DNA of 64,000 nt, taken from contig JBLWGC010000140.1 in assembly GCA_048772705.1 (NCBI GenBank), positions 282,143-346,142 of the forward strand, written 5' to 3'. The translations under genes were made by a program, and so were the position numbers. This DNA comes from Leidyana gryllorum EB-2025a. Taxonomy: Eukaryota > Protista > Apicomplexa. Positions 35,509-48,286 of the stretch are shown here, piece after piece; positions within the stretch are counted from its first letter, which is position 1, and each line of letters opens with the position of its first letter. The notes under the pieces were generated by a model. That model saw only the letters and a program-made list of their open reading frames with translations, was not told where the DNA came from and did no database searches.

Positions 35509-38258
35509 TCATTTGAGAGAAAGCTTCATTCCGAGTTGTCGCTGGGCCATTGCCTCAACTTTTGTAGTCAATTGGGCGATGCTTTCTTTCTGTGTCTCCG
35601 ACTGCTCCTCCACCGTTTGGAGCTTATCGGTCAGCTGAGTTATCATTACATTGTCAGCGGCGCCCCGTAGCTTCAATTCCTCAATCTCAGCGGTCAGACC
35701 AGCGTTGATTTTCTTCTGTGTCTCTTGTTGTAGTTCGTGTTTGCCGGATGGTCAACTTCCTATCGGGTGGCCAGATTCGACTTGGTGAAATTTCCAATCG
35801 AATTAACAACCATCTGGATACTTCCCTACATATTTGGCACTTATATAGGGGCATGTATAAGATGGTGAAAGGCATTATTAACGAACGTAAAGCAACTACT
35901 ACTAAAGCGTAAAGGCAAATGCACCCTAGTGGTCTGAGCTCTCTGCGACAGTGTAACTGTGCAGACACTCACATGAATGATCAGAGTGTGGTGTCGGGGA
36001 GAACTACCGTGTGTGTCCAGCGCGAGGCTCCGCAAGAGTGCGAGCGACTGGCACATGGGTAGAGTGAGAGAGACACCAGAGCGAGAGGCACACGCAAGCA
36101 AAGTTGGCTAAGTCAGAGTTGGACTAGGCAAGAGGCGGCCTAAGATAACTTTTGCACTTGGTACAACAAGTCGTAGTTCTTGTTTTGCGCCGTCGTGTGC
36201 GACATATTCGTGGTAGACTTGTCGGCAAAAATACTAACTTGGTTCTAAGTCTGACTTGTGGTCGAAAGTACGCAGAGATGAGAACTGGGCCTCGTTCCCC
36301 TTGAGTAGCGACTTGGGGTTACAACATCTCTGATTCCCCCTCCACCGTTTGGAGCTTATCGGTCAGCTGAGTTATCATTACATTGTCAGCGGCGCCCCGT
36401 AGCTTCAATTCCTCAATCTCAGCGGTCAGACCAGCGTTGACTTTCTTCTGTGTCTCCGATTGTTGCTGCCACTTATGAGTCTGGGCGACCAATAGACTTT
36501 TTAATTCGGCGATAAGACCATCCTGCATAGTCCGTCGCTCTTCCAGAGCCGCAGTGTGGGCGATCAATTCAGCCTCGACGTCGGTTTGAGTGGCCACTCG
36601 TTGTCTCAATTGGTCTACGGCGTTATCGATCCGAATCAATTGGGCGTCGTTCTCCTCCCGCAGCTTGGAACATCGCTCATTCAGTTCAATTACCATCGTT
36701 TCGCATCCGCGCTGACGAATTTCTGTAGCATTCTTCAGGAGCTCAATCCCAATGTTATTGACCACTGAGCCGCTGCGACGGGGAGAGGAGTCGTCCGATG
36801 TTGTCGTTGAGGTGCTCCCGGTCGTCGGCGTCGAGTCGGCGTCAAGTTGATGACTGTTTGACGAACACTGCTCGCCCGTGACTTCCAGAGCGAAGGTCAC
36901 GGGACCCTCCCGTTCACAGTCGGGAGCCACAATGTGAACGGCGGCGGTTAGCAGTCGGTCTCTCGGTAATGCATCGCGGATCTCTTTGGTCAATTCGGCC
37001 AAATCTTCCAGTTTCACTTTGCCTTTGTGTCGGAGATGCAGGACGTAATGATTGTCGGCGTCGCTTTTGCACCATTTGAAGGATTCACATTGTCGTAGTA
37101 ATCGGATCGCGTGATCTCCGGATCAATCAATCTGGATTCTTGGGTATCAGTGGTCATCATTGGGAACACTTTATTCTCAATTTGGGCCGCAGAGACGATC
37201 ACCCCGCCTCTTCCTGAGGTCTCGGAGACAATCACATTGTCGAGACAGTAATTAGTAACAGTTCCGCGCCCACACTGAAACCTCACGTCTCCCACCAGAG
37301 GCGCTTTCAATTCCACCGACCCGGTCTCAGACTGGAAGAGAAACGACTCGTTGCATTTCAATGGACAGTCAAAGGTCGACGTCCCGTTTCCAATGGCAAA
37401 AAAGTTCACCGGAACATCGATCTTCAAAGAGGAATCTTCCGTGGGCGATGGTGCCTCCCAATGGAAGGAAGGAGCTTTGAATGTCGTTCGAATTACGCAA
37501 TTGCACTCTTTGTATCGCATTATCGATTTGATGTCGGCCACCTTTGAGGGATTCTGGGTGATCAACATTTCATCGCAGTCTTCATAGATGTGATGTCGCT
37601 CTTCAGCCTGTCCTCCGAGGGACAGAGCGATTGATTTTCGTTCCCAAAAGACGACCACTTCTCGGTCAAAGTGACTCGAGCACACACCAATAGCTTTGGT
37701 GTTTCCTCCTGGGAAGAGAGCCAATGTACACAATTTGGGGTCTCTCTCCATTTGAATGAGTTTACTCAAGTCACTGAAGTGTCTGATATTCGGTTGGAGA
37801 AGGAAGCCTGCGTCAGCGGCACACAGGAAACTCATTGTTTGGCGTCCATTGGCGTCGAGCGCAGTGAGTGTAAATTCGTCAATGGCGTCGAGAAAACTCA
37901 CCCGACTTCGTTTGCGGGGCTCCGGAGGTTCACATCGCTGAACTGTCAGAGGGAGCCAAAAGTGTGCGGGTTTGTCGAACGTCCATTCGAAGGCTTGGAC
38001 AAACGCGGAGCATTGGACGTTGAGATCACTGAACTTCAAGCGTACATCCTTCGTGGCTTCGGCCAATCTGTGTAAGTTGAGTGATCCTTGAGTCTTTCTG
38101 ATCATGAATCCCACAGCTCCGGTCTCCTCATATTGGAACCAGTTGGCTGAGTCGCAGTCATTGAGGAACGCTCGTGTGGCCGATGACAATAGTACGGGCG
38201 CCTTTTCGATCAATCTGACAGGTCCAATGAAAGGGTGGGGAGGAGTATCAGTGGACAT
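35509..38258 (-). pseudogene. Array family copy E: chimeric, 1-bp frameshift at ~37119, solo-LTR-like insertion in the stalk
   Basis: ORFs 37014-38258 and 36319-37017, plus a tail beyond the insertion ending QRQLGMKLSLK*. Confidence 0.85.
35726..36326. mobile_element. 601-bp solo-LTR-like insertion
   Basis: Termini TGTTGTA...TACAACA (7-bp inverted repeat, TG..CA); 5-bp direct repeat TCTCT at 35721-35725 and 36327-36331; the empty site tgtgtctctgattcccc is present in copy I. Confidence 0.85.
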
Positions 38259-38631
38259 TGGGGCAATTACGTGAAAGATTTACCGCTTAAAAAAGCAGTG
38301 AGCCGTTGGCCGCCACACGGTACCGATACAGAATGCTCGTACAAAGAAACGGAGAGTGATCCAGCGCCAAAATGAGACGCTTTCACCACATTACGTATTT
38401 TGGCCTCCAGTGTTCTTCCGACAGCACAGAGACTGAAGAGATCCAATCTAAAGCTTCCAAAGTTGGGGTCTCTCCTCCTTCGATGAGTATTGCTGCTCAA
38501 AAAATGATCTTCCCCGCAGGTCCATCTGAAAAGTGATTCCTTCTTTGTTCTTTGGTGCTGGCTGACCTCAAGAGAGCTGTGGATCCGATTCGAGATCGAT
38601 CTCACCTCCTCCCATCGCCTTCATCCGCTCG

Positions 38632-39450
38632 TTAGTCGAGAGAGAGTTTCATTCCGAACAGTCGCTGCGTCTATACCTCAATCTTCGTGGTCAATTGGGC
38701 GGTGGTCGCTCTCGGTGTCTCCGACTGTTCCTTCGATGCATCAGCCTGCCCGACCACTGGACTCTTTGACTCGGTGATGAGAGCATTTTGACTTGTCATC
38801 CTCGGTTCGAGGATTGTGGTGAAAGCCGTCTTATTGGCGCTCAGAGTATCGATCCGGATCAATTGGGCGGCGCCCTCTCCTTTTAGCTCGAAATGTGGCT
38901 CATCCAGTTCTGCGATCACCGCTTCGCATCCCCGCTTCTCTGTAGGCCAAGTCTGTTGAGTTCACCTTCGTCTTGTGTTGGAGCTTCGAGATGTGATGAC
39001 CTTCGGCATCGACTTTGAAACACTCGAAAGATTCGCTCCCTCGCAGTGTTGTGTCTCCGAGAGGTGTTTGGGTCGACAGAACAGTCAAAGCTCATTGTTT
39101 GGCGTCCAACGACGCCGGCGAGTGTGCTTCTTCCGACGGAGTTGAAGAATTCTCGCCCGTGTTCGATCGTGGGGCTCTGCGGGTTCACACCGCTCAATCG
39201 TCAGTAGGACCCAAAAGTGTGAGGGACAGTCGATATGTCCATTCGAATGCGTCGACAAGAGCTGAACGTTTGATGCTCAGGACACTCAGATGGAAGCCCA
39301 GATCCTCCGTGGCTTCGGCCGATTGGTGATGGTATAGTGATCTTCCAATCTTTCGACTCCGTATTTGATGACTTTTGTGTTTCCTAACTACGTAACCATT
39401 CGGCCGAGCGCAGTCTCCGAAAAACAACACTGTGCCCGGAATCTTCACGT
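38632..39450 (-). pseudogene. Array family copy F: internally deleted remnant
   Basis: AEATEDL..VDAFEWT, GRQTMSFDCS, AQLIRIDTL and terminal RLFGMKLSLD* in broken frames. Confidence 0.75.
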
Positions 39451-39697
39451 ACCGGGTGGGCAGGAGATAGTTGACAAAGGCAAATCGGCAGCAAAGGGCG
39501 TCAGGAAATAGTCAGCCACTCCGCTGTATCGTAAAAGAGTGGTAGGAAAAGCAAGTGGGTCTATGAATAACGCCGAATGACAGAAAGGCACTCAGCCAAA
39601 CCCACCCTGGCCTTTGGTCGAGTGACACGAAACCGCCGTCGAGTCTTCTGCCTGGCGGTGGCCCCCTCCTCGAATACTTAATAACTATCTCATTACT

Positions 39698-42085
39698 TTA
39701 TCGTACCCAAAAGATTGCGAGTAGTGAGGCAATCATTATCAAAGCAGTGCTCAGATACAATGGTATGGCGTAGTCTTGAGCCACCGGTCGCTCCTTCATC
39801 TCCTCTCGTCGGCGTATTTGGTCCTTCAGAAGACTAATGAAGTCAAGTTGAGTGGCGGCCGATTTTTCCTTCTCCCTGATCTGGGCGATCAGTTGGCTAA
39901 TAGTTTCGTCTCGAAGGGCTACTTGTTTCTCCAAGCGCTCCTTCAGGCTGATCAGAGTGGCTTCCTGATTTGTCAGACGGGCGATACTTTCTTGTTGGGT
40001 AGTTTGATGACGTTTCAGAGTGTCAGTCTGGCCGGTCAAGTCCATAACATTTTGGCGACACGTAGCTTTCTCGTCCTCCAATTTGGCTTCCAGTTCAGTG
40101 ACTTGGGCATTCAGTTGAGCGATGGTAGCTTGCTGACTCGCTGCTCGTTCTTTCATCGCTTTGGCCTCGATACTTAGTTTGAGAATGTGGGCATTCTGTT
40201 CGTCCACTTGATGTTTCAAACTCTCATTCAACTCAGTCAGGACTTCTTCACTTGATGTCCACCGAGTGATAGTCTCATCCTGAGTCACCACTCGCTGCCT
40301 CAGAACGTCGACCTCTTTCTCCAGTTCAATTATAGTCTCATCCCGAGTCGTAACTTGTTCCCTCAGTCTCTCGATCTCATTAGCTGATTGGGCGATCTTC
40401 GCCTCCTGAGTCGTCAGTTGTTGCCTGAGTCTCGCATTCCCTTCAGCCAAACTGCTTCGTTGTGTGACCAAATTCTCGATTGTACTCCCTTGAGCACGAC
40501 TCTCATTTTTAAACTTTAACCACCTTTCCTGCAATTCTCGCATCTCTGCTTCGTGATCTCTCTGTAGCACTTCCATCGAATTCTTCAACAGTTCGATCTC
40601 AATGTTCCCTGCCAGAGACATTGTGGGATTGGGAGCCGAACTTCGATCCGACTCGAAGTCGTTGGAAAAAAGCTGCTCTCCCGTGACCTCGAGAGCAAAG
40701 TTCACAGTCTCTCTCCTCTCGCAGTCCGGCGCTACAACGTGGATAGCGGCGCTGATGTCCCCGTCTCGCGGCAACTCATCGTGAATTCTTTCTGTCAAGT
40801 CGACCAAATAATCGAACATAACTTTGCCTTTGTGCCTCAGATTTAGTACGTAATGATTGTCGGCCGCCCCTGCAGTCCATCCAAAAACTTCACACTTCCG
40901 CAACAATCGGGTTCCGCGAAGGCCAGGATCAATCATTTTGGGCTCCTCTGTACCCCTGGTCATCATCGGGAAGACTTTATTTTCAATACGGGCTGCAGTC
41001 ACAACGATACCCAGGTCCCCTGAGCACTCCGAGACGATCACATTCTCGAGACAGTAATTGCTTAAGGTGCCGCTCCCACATCGAAACTCTATGTCTCCGC
41101 TCCAAGGCGCCTTCAGAGCGACCGACCCCTCTGCAGATTGGAACAAGACACGCTCTTTGCACCACAGTGGACATTCGAAAGTTGATATCTCCTTTTCGGT
41201 CGCAACAAGAGTCATCGGAACTTCAATCAGATAAGGCGGGTTTTGGGTGAGTGAGGCTCTTCCCCACTCGAAGTATGGAGCTTTGTACATAATTCTGGTT
41301 ATCCGGTTAAGAGCCCTCGAGTCCATTATGCTTATTATCTCTGACAGCCCAAAGGCGTGCTGCGTAAGGCACATCCTCTCTCGGCACTCATAGCCAAAAT
41401 GTCTCTCGTCGGGCCGTTCCCCAAGTGATAGTGTCAGTCTATGTGGGGGCCAATAAATAACAATCTCGCGATCAAACACACATGAAATCCATTCATGCAG
41501 GTTGCTGCCTTCCTCCAGGTGGAGGGCCAGTTTACACAGGTCAGGACGTCTCTCCATTTGGATATAAGTGCTCAATTTGCAGAATTCTCCGATGTCTGGC
41601 TGTTGATAATGAACTGCATCCGTCGAGCAGTGGAAGCTCATGATTTGATGTCCATTGGCGTCGGGTGCAGTCAGTGTGATCTTTTCGATCGAGTCCAGGA
41701 ACGTTGAGCGAGTACGGTCTCGATGATCTTCACGGTCACATCTACTGATGCTCAGTGGAAGATGGAAGTGTGATGCTTCAACGAATCTCCATTCGAAGGC
41801 TTCGACTGCGAGGGAGCATTTTTTACTGGCACTGCTGAAACTCAAACACAAATCCTTTGTCACTTCAGCCAAATGGTGGAAGTCGAGCGGTAGCTGAGTC
41901 TTCTTAATCCGCAGTTGAAACGTCTTTGTTTCCTCATAACGGAACCACTCGGCTGAGTCGCAGGCATTCAGGAACGCACTGACGGCGGGCGACAATGGAA
42001 CGGGCACCTTTAACATCGAACCACCAGATCTCATGCTGGAGCAGGGGGGATCCTCCATTGGGAAGGGGGGGCCCTCCAACCACAT
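39698..42085 (-). CDS. Array family copy G, 795 aa, long coiled coil with C-terminal transmembrane anchor
   Basis: Intact ORF; ends YAIPLYLSTALIMIASLLAIFWVR. Confidence 0.88.
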   Translation of the reverse strand: MWLEGPPFPMEDPPCSSMRSGGSMLKVPVPLSPAVSAFLNACDSAEWFRYEETKTFQLRIKKTQLPLDFHHLAEVTKDLCLSFSSASKKCSLAVEAFEWRFVEASHFHLPLSISRCDREDHRDRTRSTFLDSIEKITLTAPDANGHQIMSFHCSTDAVHYQQPDIGEFCKLSTYIQMERRPDLCKLALHLEEGSNLHEWISCVFDREIVIYWPPHRLTLSLGERPDERHFGYECRERMCLTQHAFGLSEIISIMDSRALNRITRIMYKAPYFEWGRASLTQNPPYLIEVPMTLVATEKEISTFECPLWCKERVLFQSAEGSVALKAPWSGDIEFRCGSGTLSNYCLENVIVSECSGDLGIVVTAARIENKVFPMMTRGTEEPKMIDPGLRGTRLLRKCEVFGWTAGAADNHYVLNLRHKGKVMFDYLVDLTERIHDELPRDGDISAAIHVVAPDCERRETVNFALEVTGEQLFSNDFESDRSSAPNPTMSLAGNIEIELLKNSMEVLQRDHEAEMRELQERWLKFKNESRAQGSTIENLVTQRSSLAEGNARLRQQLTTQEAKIAQSANEIERLREQVTTRDETIIELEKEVDVLRQRVVTQDETITRWTSSEEVLTELNESLKHQVDEQNAHILKLSIEAKAMKERAASQQATIAQLNAQVTELEAKLEDEKATCRQNVMDLTGQTDTLKRHQTTQQESIARLTNQEATLISLKERLEKQVALRDETISQLIAQIREKEKSAATQLDFISLLKDQIRRREEMKERPVAQDYAIPLYLSTALIMIASLLAIFWVR

Positions 42086-42599
42086 CTGTCACACTGAATC
42101 GATATTGGAGAGGCGCCAGCGAATAGTCAGCGGCCCGGATTGAGCGCTGGATGACGGCAGTTTGGGAAGTAAGTCGCAATACACTATGGGATGTCTTTGA
42201 GGCGTACTGGGCTGAGAGAGAGTGGTTGCGACGCACCGTGAGTGCATTACCGCCACATGACAAAGTCCGCTCACCCTGAGTTTCGCTTTTGAGGCTTTGT
42301 GTAGGACGATTAATGACGAGTGTTCTGTTCACATCCACCACACCCCACTTCGACGAGGTAACCCTCGATCTATACACACAAAAAACATGCTGAGTCCTGA
42401 GGCATGATTAAGCAACGACAGAAGTCCGACATTTCAGCAGGTGTGCAGTTGAGATGCCCGTACTTTGTGTCATCGCTTGGCCAAACCTCAGTCCCAAAAC
42501 TCGATTGAGCACTCCGGAAAGCTTCACTTCGAAAGGGAACATTTGGAGATCGCCTCGGGCGCTCCTTTTGAGGTTCGGAACAGCCCCTCATCACGTATG

Positions 42600-43830
42600 C
42601 GCTCCGCAATGCGGAAGCTCTCTCTCCGTGTCATCGCCTCCATCTTACCACCGAATTCACTGATAGTCTCCCTCTCTGCGTCCCCTTGAGCGGCAACCTG
42701 CTTCCAGCAGGCGTCGTCATCGCTCAACGCGACGCCTCTCCCCTCGGTTTGATTGAGCAGTGACAAACTCAAGAGTATTTCTCCAGAGCTCTTTGTGGAC
42801 AGTGTTCTCCATTCCGTCTTGTGACGCCACTGAGTTACTCGTCGTTATGGGTGTCACGTTGCAGCCAGACTGATAACTGGTCGACGATCACTGCTCGCCT
42901 TTGACCGCCAAAGCGAAAGGCACGGGGCCATGAGGTGAACAGACGCGGTAGTGCTTCCGTCTTCGGGTAACTTTCTGTCTTCGAATGATTCATTGTGTAT
43001 CTCTTCGGAGTCAATTCGGCAAGTCCTCCAATCTTACTTTGTCTATGTAACACAAACGCGATGCGTAATGCGGCACCTTCCGACCAGTTGGAAGATACAC
43101 ACTCCTCCAACAATCGGGTTCCCTCTCTCTGCAGGATTCGATGTCACCAAGGCCCAAGAAAAGAATGCACTTCAGACTTTTCTCACAGAATACCCGAAGT
43201 TACATCGCTCTCCAAATGGGAGGCCACTGACGAATACCCCCTGATAATCGACATACCGCTCAGCGTGCGGCCACCACGGACGGCATATCGACCTCGGGAC
43301 AAAGACCACAGCGGGATGATTGTCCTACCGCTCGAGCTTATGATAAAGGGTTCTCACCGATGAAGAGGACGATAGCAGAGCGCAGATCGATTGAATGAAT
43401 TCTGTGAACCAAATCTTCCATCCCAATCTTCGAAAATATAATGTCATGCTCCCGAACCATAGAGTGAGTGAGAATCACTTCGGCATCGGAGCGACTCTCA
43501 CTCAAATCGAATCGTCAACACCTTCGACGTCTCCCGGCTGGAGCGCCAATGTACAAAATTGGGAGTCTCTCCTTCAAGGGAATTCGAGCAAATCATTGAA
43601 GTATCTGGTATCCGGTTGGTCGCAGGTGGTCGAGTCGGCGGAAGAGTAAACGCTCACGACTTGGTTGCCATCGCCCTCGGGTGCATTGAGTGTATTTCTG
43701 CCGATGGGGTCGAAGAACTTTGCACGACTTGGATCCCAGGCCTCTGTGGTGATCTCAAATCTTTCTATAGTCATGAAGACCCAAGAGTATGGGAGTTTGT
43801 CCAATCTGCATATGACGCTTCGACTGCGAG
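42600..43830 (-). pseudogene. Array family copy H: decayed, with an internal inverted segment
   Basis: SRAKFFDPI..APEGDGNQ..QPDTRYFNDL and ECVSSNWSEGAA..LAELT on the minus strand; KWEATDEYPLIIDIPL on the plus strand. Boundaries approximate. Confidence 0.7.
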
Positions 43831-43967
43831 GCACCATTTGCTGCTGCCGCCGTTGTACCACAATCACAATCATAAGTACTGTTCGATACTGAGCGCGACG
43901 GTGGCGAATAAGTAATCCGTTTAGCCCAAGAACCAACTCACTCTGTTCCAATGCCTAAATCAGCTCA

Positions 43968-46900
43968 TCAGTCCAGAGAGAGTTTCGTTCCGAGTAATCG
44001 CTGTGTCAGTGCCTCGATCTTTGTCGTCAACTGCACAATAGTCTCCTCCATTGCCTCAACTTTTCTGGTCGATTGAGCGACGATCTCTTTCTGTGACTGC
44101 GATTGCTCCTCCATTGCCTCAACCTTTGTGGTCAGCCGAGCGATGGTCTCTCTCTGTGTCTCCGATTGCTCCTCCATTGCTTCAGTCTTCGCTGTCAACT
44201 GGGCAGTTGTCTCCTCCAATGCCTCAATCTTTGTGGTCAGCTGAGCGATGGTCTCTTTCTGTGTCTCCGATTGCTCCTCTATTGCCTCATTATTTGTGGT
44301 TGATTGGGTGAGGATTCCTTTCTGGATCTCCGGTTGCGCCTCAATAACCTCAGTCCTCGTGGTCAGCTGAGCAATGGTCTCAATTATGTCTTTGATTGTT
44401 CCTCCATTACCTCAATCGTTCTCGTCAGCCAAGCGATAGTCGCTTTTTGTGTCTCCGATTGCTCCTCCATTGCTTGAGTCTTCGCTGTCAACTGGGCAGT
44501 TGTCTCCTCCAATGCATCAACCTTTGTGGTCAGCCGAGCGATGGTCTCTTTCTGTGTCTTCGATTGCTCCTCCATTGCCTTCATGTCTGTGGTCAGCTGA
44601 GCAACGCTTCGTTGCTGCAGTTCTACCATGTGAGCGGTCCAAGCAGCGATGGTCTCTTCCTGAGTCTCTGATTGTGCCTCCATTGCCTCGAACTTTGTGT
44701 TCAGCCGGCCTATAGTCTCCTTTTGCGTCTCCATGGCCTCAATTGTTGTAGTCAGATGAGCAATGGCCTCCTCCAGTGCCTTGAACTCTTTGGTCGATTG
44801 GACAATAGTCCTTTTCTGTATCTCCTGATGCGTCTCAATTTCCTCGGACTTTGTGATCAGGTGAGCAATGGTCTCCTCTATCGCCTCCAAGTTTTTGGTC
44901 GATCGAGCGACGGTCTCCTGTTGCGTCTCCACTGCCTCAATCTTTGTGGTCGATTGGGCGATGGTCTCTTTCTGTGTCTCCTGTTCCGTCTTCACTGTCT
45001 CAACCTCTGTGATCAGCTGAGCAGCCTTTCGTTGCTTCAACTCCTCAATCTCAGCGGTCACATCAGCGTTGATTTTCTTCTGTGTCTCTGATTCCCCCTC
45101 CACCGTTTGGAGCTTATTGGTCAGCTGAGTAATCATTGCATTGTCAGCGGCGCCCCGTAGCTTCAATTCCTCAATCTCAGCGGTCACATCAGCGTTGATT
45201 TTCTTCTGTGTCTCCGACTGCTCCTCCACCGTTTGGAGCTTATTGGTCAGTTGAGTAATCATTGCATTGTCAGCGGCGCCCCGTAGCTTCAATTCCTCAA
45301 TCTCAGCGGTCAGACCAGCGTTGATTTTCTTCTGTGTCTCTGATTCCCCCTCCACCGTTTGGAGCTTATCGGTCAGCTGAGTTATCATTGCATTGTCAGC
45401 GGCGCCCCGTTGCTTCAATTCCTCAATCTCAGCGGTCACATCAGCGTTGATTTTCTTCTGTGTCTCCGACTGCTCCTCCACCGTTTGGAGCTTATTGGTC
45501 AGTTGAGTAATCATTGCATTGTCAGCGGCGCCCCGTAGCTTCAATTCCTCAATCTCAGCGGTCACATCAGCGTTGATTTTCTTCTGTGTCTCCGACTGCT
45601 CCTCCACCGTTTGGAGCTTATTGGTCAGTTGAGTAATCATTGCATTGTCAGCGGCGCCCCGTTGCTTCAATTCCTCAATCTCAGCGGTCACATCAGCGTT
45701 GATTTTCTTCTGTGTCTCCGATTGTTGCTGCCACTTATGAGTCTGGGCGACCAATAGACTTCTTAATTCGGCGATAAGACCATCCTGCATAGTCCGTCGC
45801 TCTTCCAGAGCCGCAGTGTGGGCGATCAATTCAGCCTCGACGTCGGTTTGAGTGGCCACTCGTTGTCTCAATTGGTCTACGGCGTTATCGATCCGAATCA
45901 ATTGGGCGTCGTTCTCCTCCCGCAGCTTGGAACATCGCTCATTCAGTTCAATTACCATCGTTTCGCATCCGCGCTGACGAATTTCTGTAGCATTCTTCAG
46001 GAGCTCAATCCCAATGTTATTGACCACTGAGCCGCTGCGACGGGGAGAGGAGTCGTCCGATGTTGTCTTTGAGGTGCTCCCGGTCGTCGGCGTCGAGTCG
46101 GCGTCAAGTTGATGACTGTTTGACGAACACTGGTCGCCTGTGACTTCCAGAGCGAAGGTCACGGGACCCTCCCGTTCACAGTCGGGAGCCACAATGTGAA
46201 CGGCGGCGGTTAGCAGTCGGTCTCTCGGTAATGCATCGCGGATCTCTTTGGTCAATTCGGCCAAATCTTCCAGTTTCACTTTGCCTTTGTGTCGGAGATG
46301 CAGGACGTAATGATTGTCGGCGTCGCTTTTGCACCATTTGAAGGATTCACATTGTCGTAGTAATTGGATCGCGTGATCTCCGGGATCAATCAATCTGGAT
46401 TCTTGGGTATCGGTGGTCATCATTGGGAACACTTTATTCTCAATTCGGGCCGCAGAGACGATCACCCCGCCTCTTCCTGAGGTCTCGGAGACAATCACAT
46501 TGTCGAGACAGTAATTAGTAAAAGTTCCACGCCCACACTGAAACCTCACGTCTCCCACCAGAGGCGCTTTCAATTCCACCGACCCGGTCTCAGACTGGAA
46601 GAGAAACGACTCGTTGCATTTCAATGGACAGTCAAAGGTCGACGTCCGATTCCCGGTGGCACAAAGGGTCAGCGGGGTATCAATTTTCAAAGAAGAGTCC
46701 TCCGTGGCCGCTGGTTTCTTCCATTTGAAAAAAGGGGCTTTGAATGTCATTCGGGTGATTCCGTTGAGAGCTTTGTTCCGTGAGATGGATCTGAAGTTCA
46801 CCAGACTAGATGCTCTTTGTGAGATTGGCATCCCTCCTCGGAACTCATACATATAATGGCGTTCTCCGGGCTCTTCTGTGAGAGACAAAGTGATGGTGCT

Positions 46901-47494
46901 CAATCCCCAATTGAGGGTCATTTCGCGATCGAAGTGACTCCCCCCCAAGGAGTAGATACTCGTGACTTCTTCCGGATATAGCGCCAGTGTGCACAGCATC
47001 GGATCCCTCTCCCTTTGAATGAGTCCACTCAATTCACTGAACTCTCTCAAGTCCGGTTGTTCGTCACAGTTCGCATCAGAAGAACAGTAGAAGCTCATTG
47101 CTTGACGTTCATTGAGGCCGGGCGCGGTGAGAGAGATTTTGTCGATGAAGTCGAGGAATGTGATTCGAGTCCGATCGCGGGGTTCGGAGGGGTCACATCG
47201 CTGAATGGTGAGTGGAACCCAAAAGTGTGAGGGACTGTCGAATGTCCATTCGAACGCTTCGACGACGAGACAGCATGTATCCTCGCGACTGCTAAACCGC
47301 GAGTTTAAATCCTTGGTGACTTCAGCCAACGTGTGGAAGTCGAGTGACCCTTGAGTCTTTTTGAGCCGTAATTCCATAGTCTTGCTGTGCGCATATCGAG
47401 TCCATTGGGCCGAGTCGCAGTCGTCCAAGAACGCCTGCGTGGTCGCTGCCAGAGTAACGGGTGGCTCGGAAGTAGTTGTAGCGGCGTTTCCCAT
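43968..47494 (-). CDS. Array family copy I (MGNAAT start; long repetitive stalk; stop plus frameshift at ~44384 before the terminal motif)
   Basis: About 1036 codons open from the first ATG; the remainder 43968-44383 continues the stalk repeats in another frame and ends QRLLGTKLSLD*. Confidence 0.82.
45040..45722 (-). repeat. 126-bp (42-aa, six-heptad) coding tandem repeat, 5 full copies plus a partial
   Basis: SETQKKINADVTAEIEELKQRGAADNAMITQLTNKLQTVEEQ. Confidence 0.92.
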
Positions 47495-48286
47495 GAGATA
47501 TTGCGAGCGAGCCGCCAGCGACCGGTTCGCCCTCAATACGGAGTGAAGCCGCTGGAGGGCTTCGGCCGTCTCCGACTAAATTGTTTCGTTCCGATCGTTG
47601 CAGAGTGGTAGTGTCGAGAAAAAGTGGCTGACCTCCACATCCACATTTTTCGGGATCGATGCACACAGCGGATCGAACCGCAAGCCACAGCCACCATTTT
47701 CAGGTTTCCACTTGACCATCGCAGAATCACAGTGATACCGCACTTCGCTCGTATTCAGAGATCTCCACTTGTTTGTTCGGAAGAGTGGACCTCAGCATCC
47801 AACTATCTATCAATCACTACTCTCAGTGGAGATAGACATGTGTTGACCAATCACAATTTTCTGCTGATCCTCGATGATTTCTGTATCCGCTGTCGTGTGA
47901 GCCACCGCATCCTAACACGATGTCCCCTTGGCACCTTATTCTTCCTCCTTGACAGGCACATCCTGGAACCTTTGACATTGAGGCGCCCTCGCTCTTGCGC
48001 CCCTCACATCCAGACTGTGTCTCCGCGTCCGTAATCCCTCACCTCGCAGCCAAGTGGCTCGCCCCCTAAGCGGAGACGTCGGCCCTCCCATGGCTCTCGC
48101 TGGTGAGAGCTTTGAGTTCGTTTGGCTTTCACTTCATCTGATGGATCACCGAACACCTCTCTCCCACGGTGACAGAATGGACAATCACTTTGCGGTCAAC
48201 CCAACCATCCGTCACTGTGGGACAATCCACACCTCTAAGAAGAGAGGACTCGATTTGCACAGTTTACGTCAACCCTTCGTGCGAGC

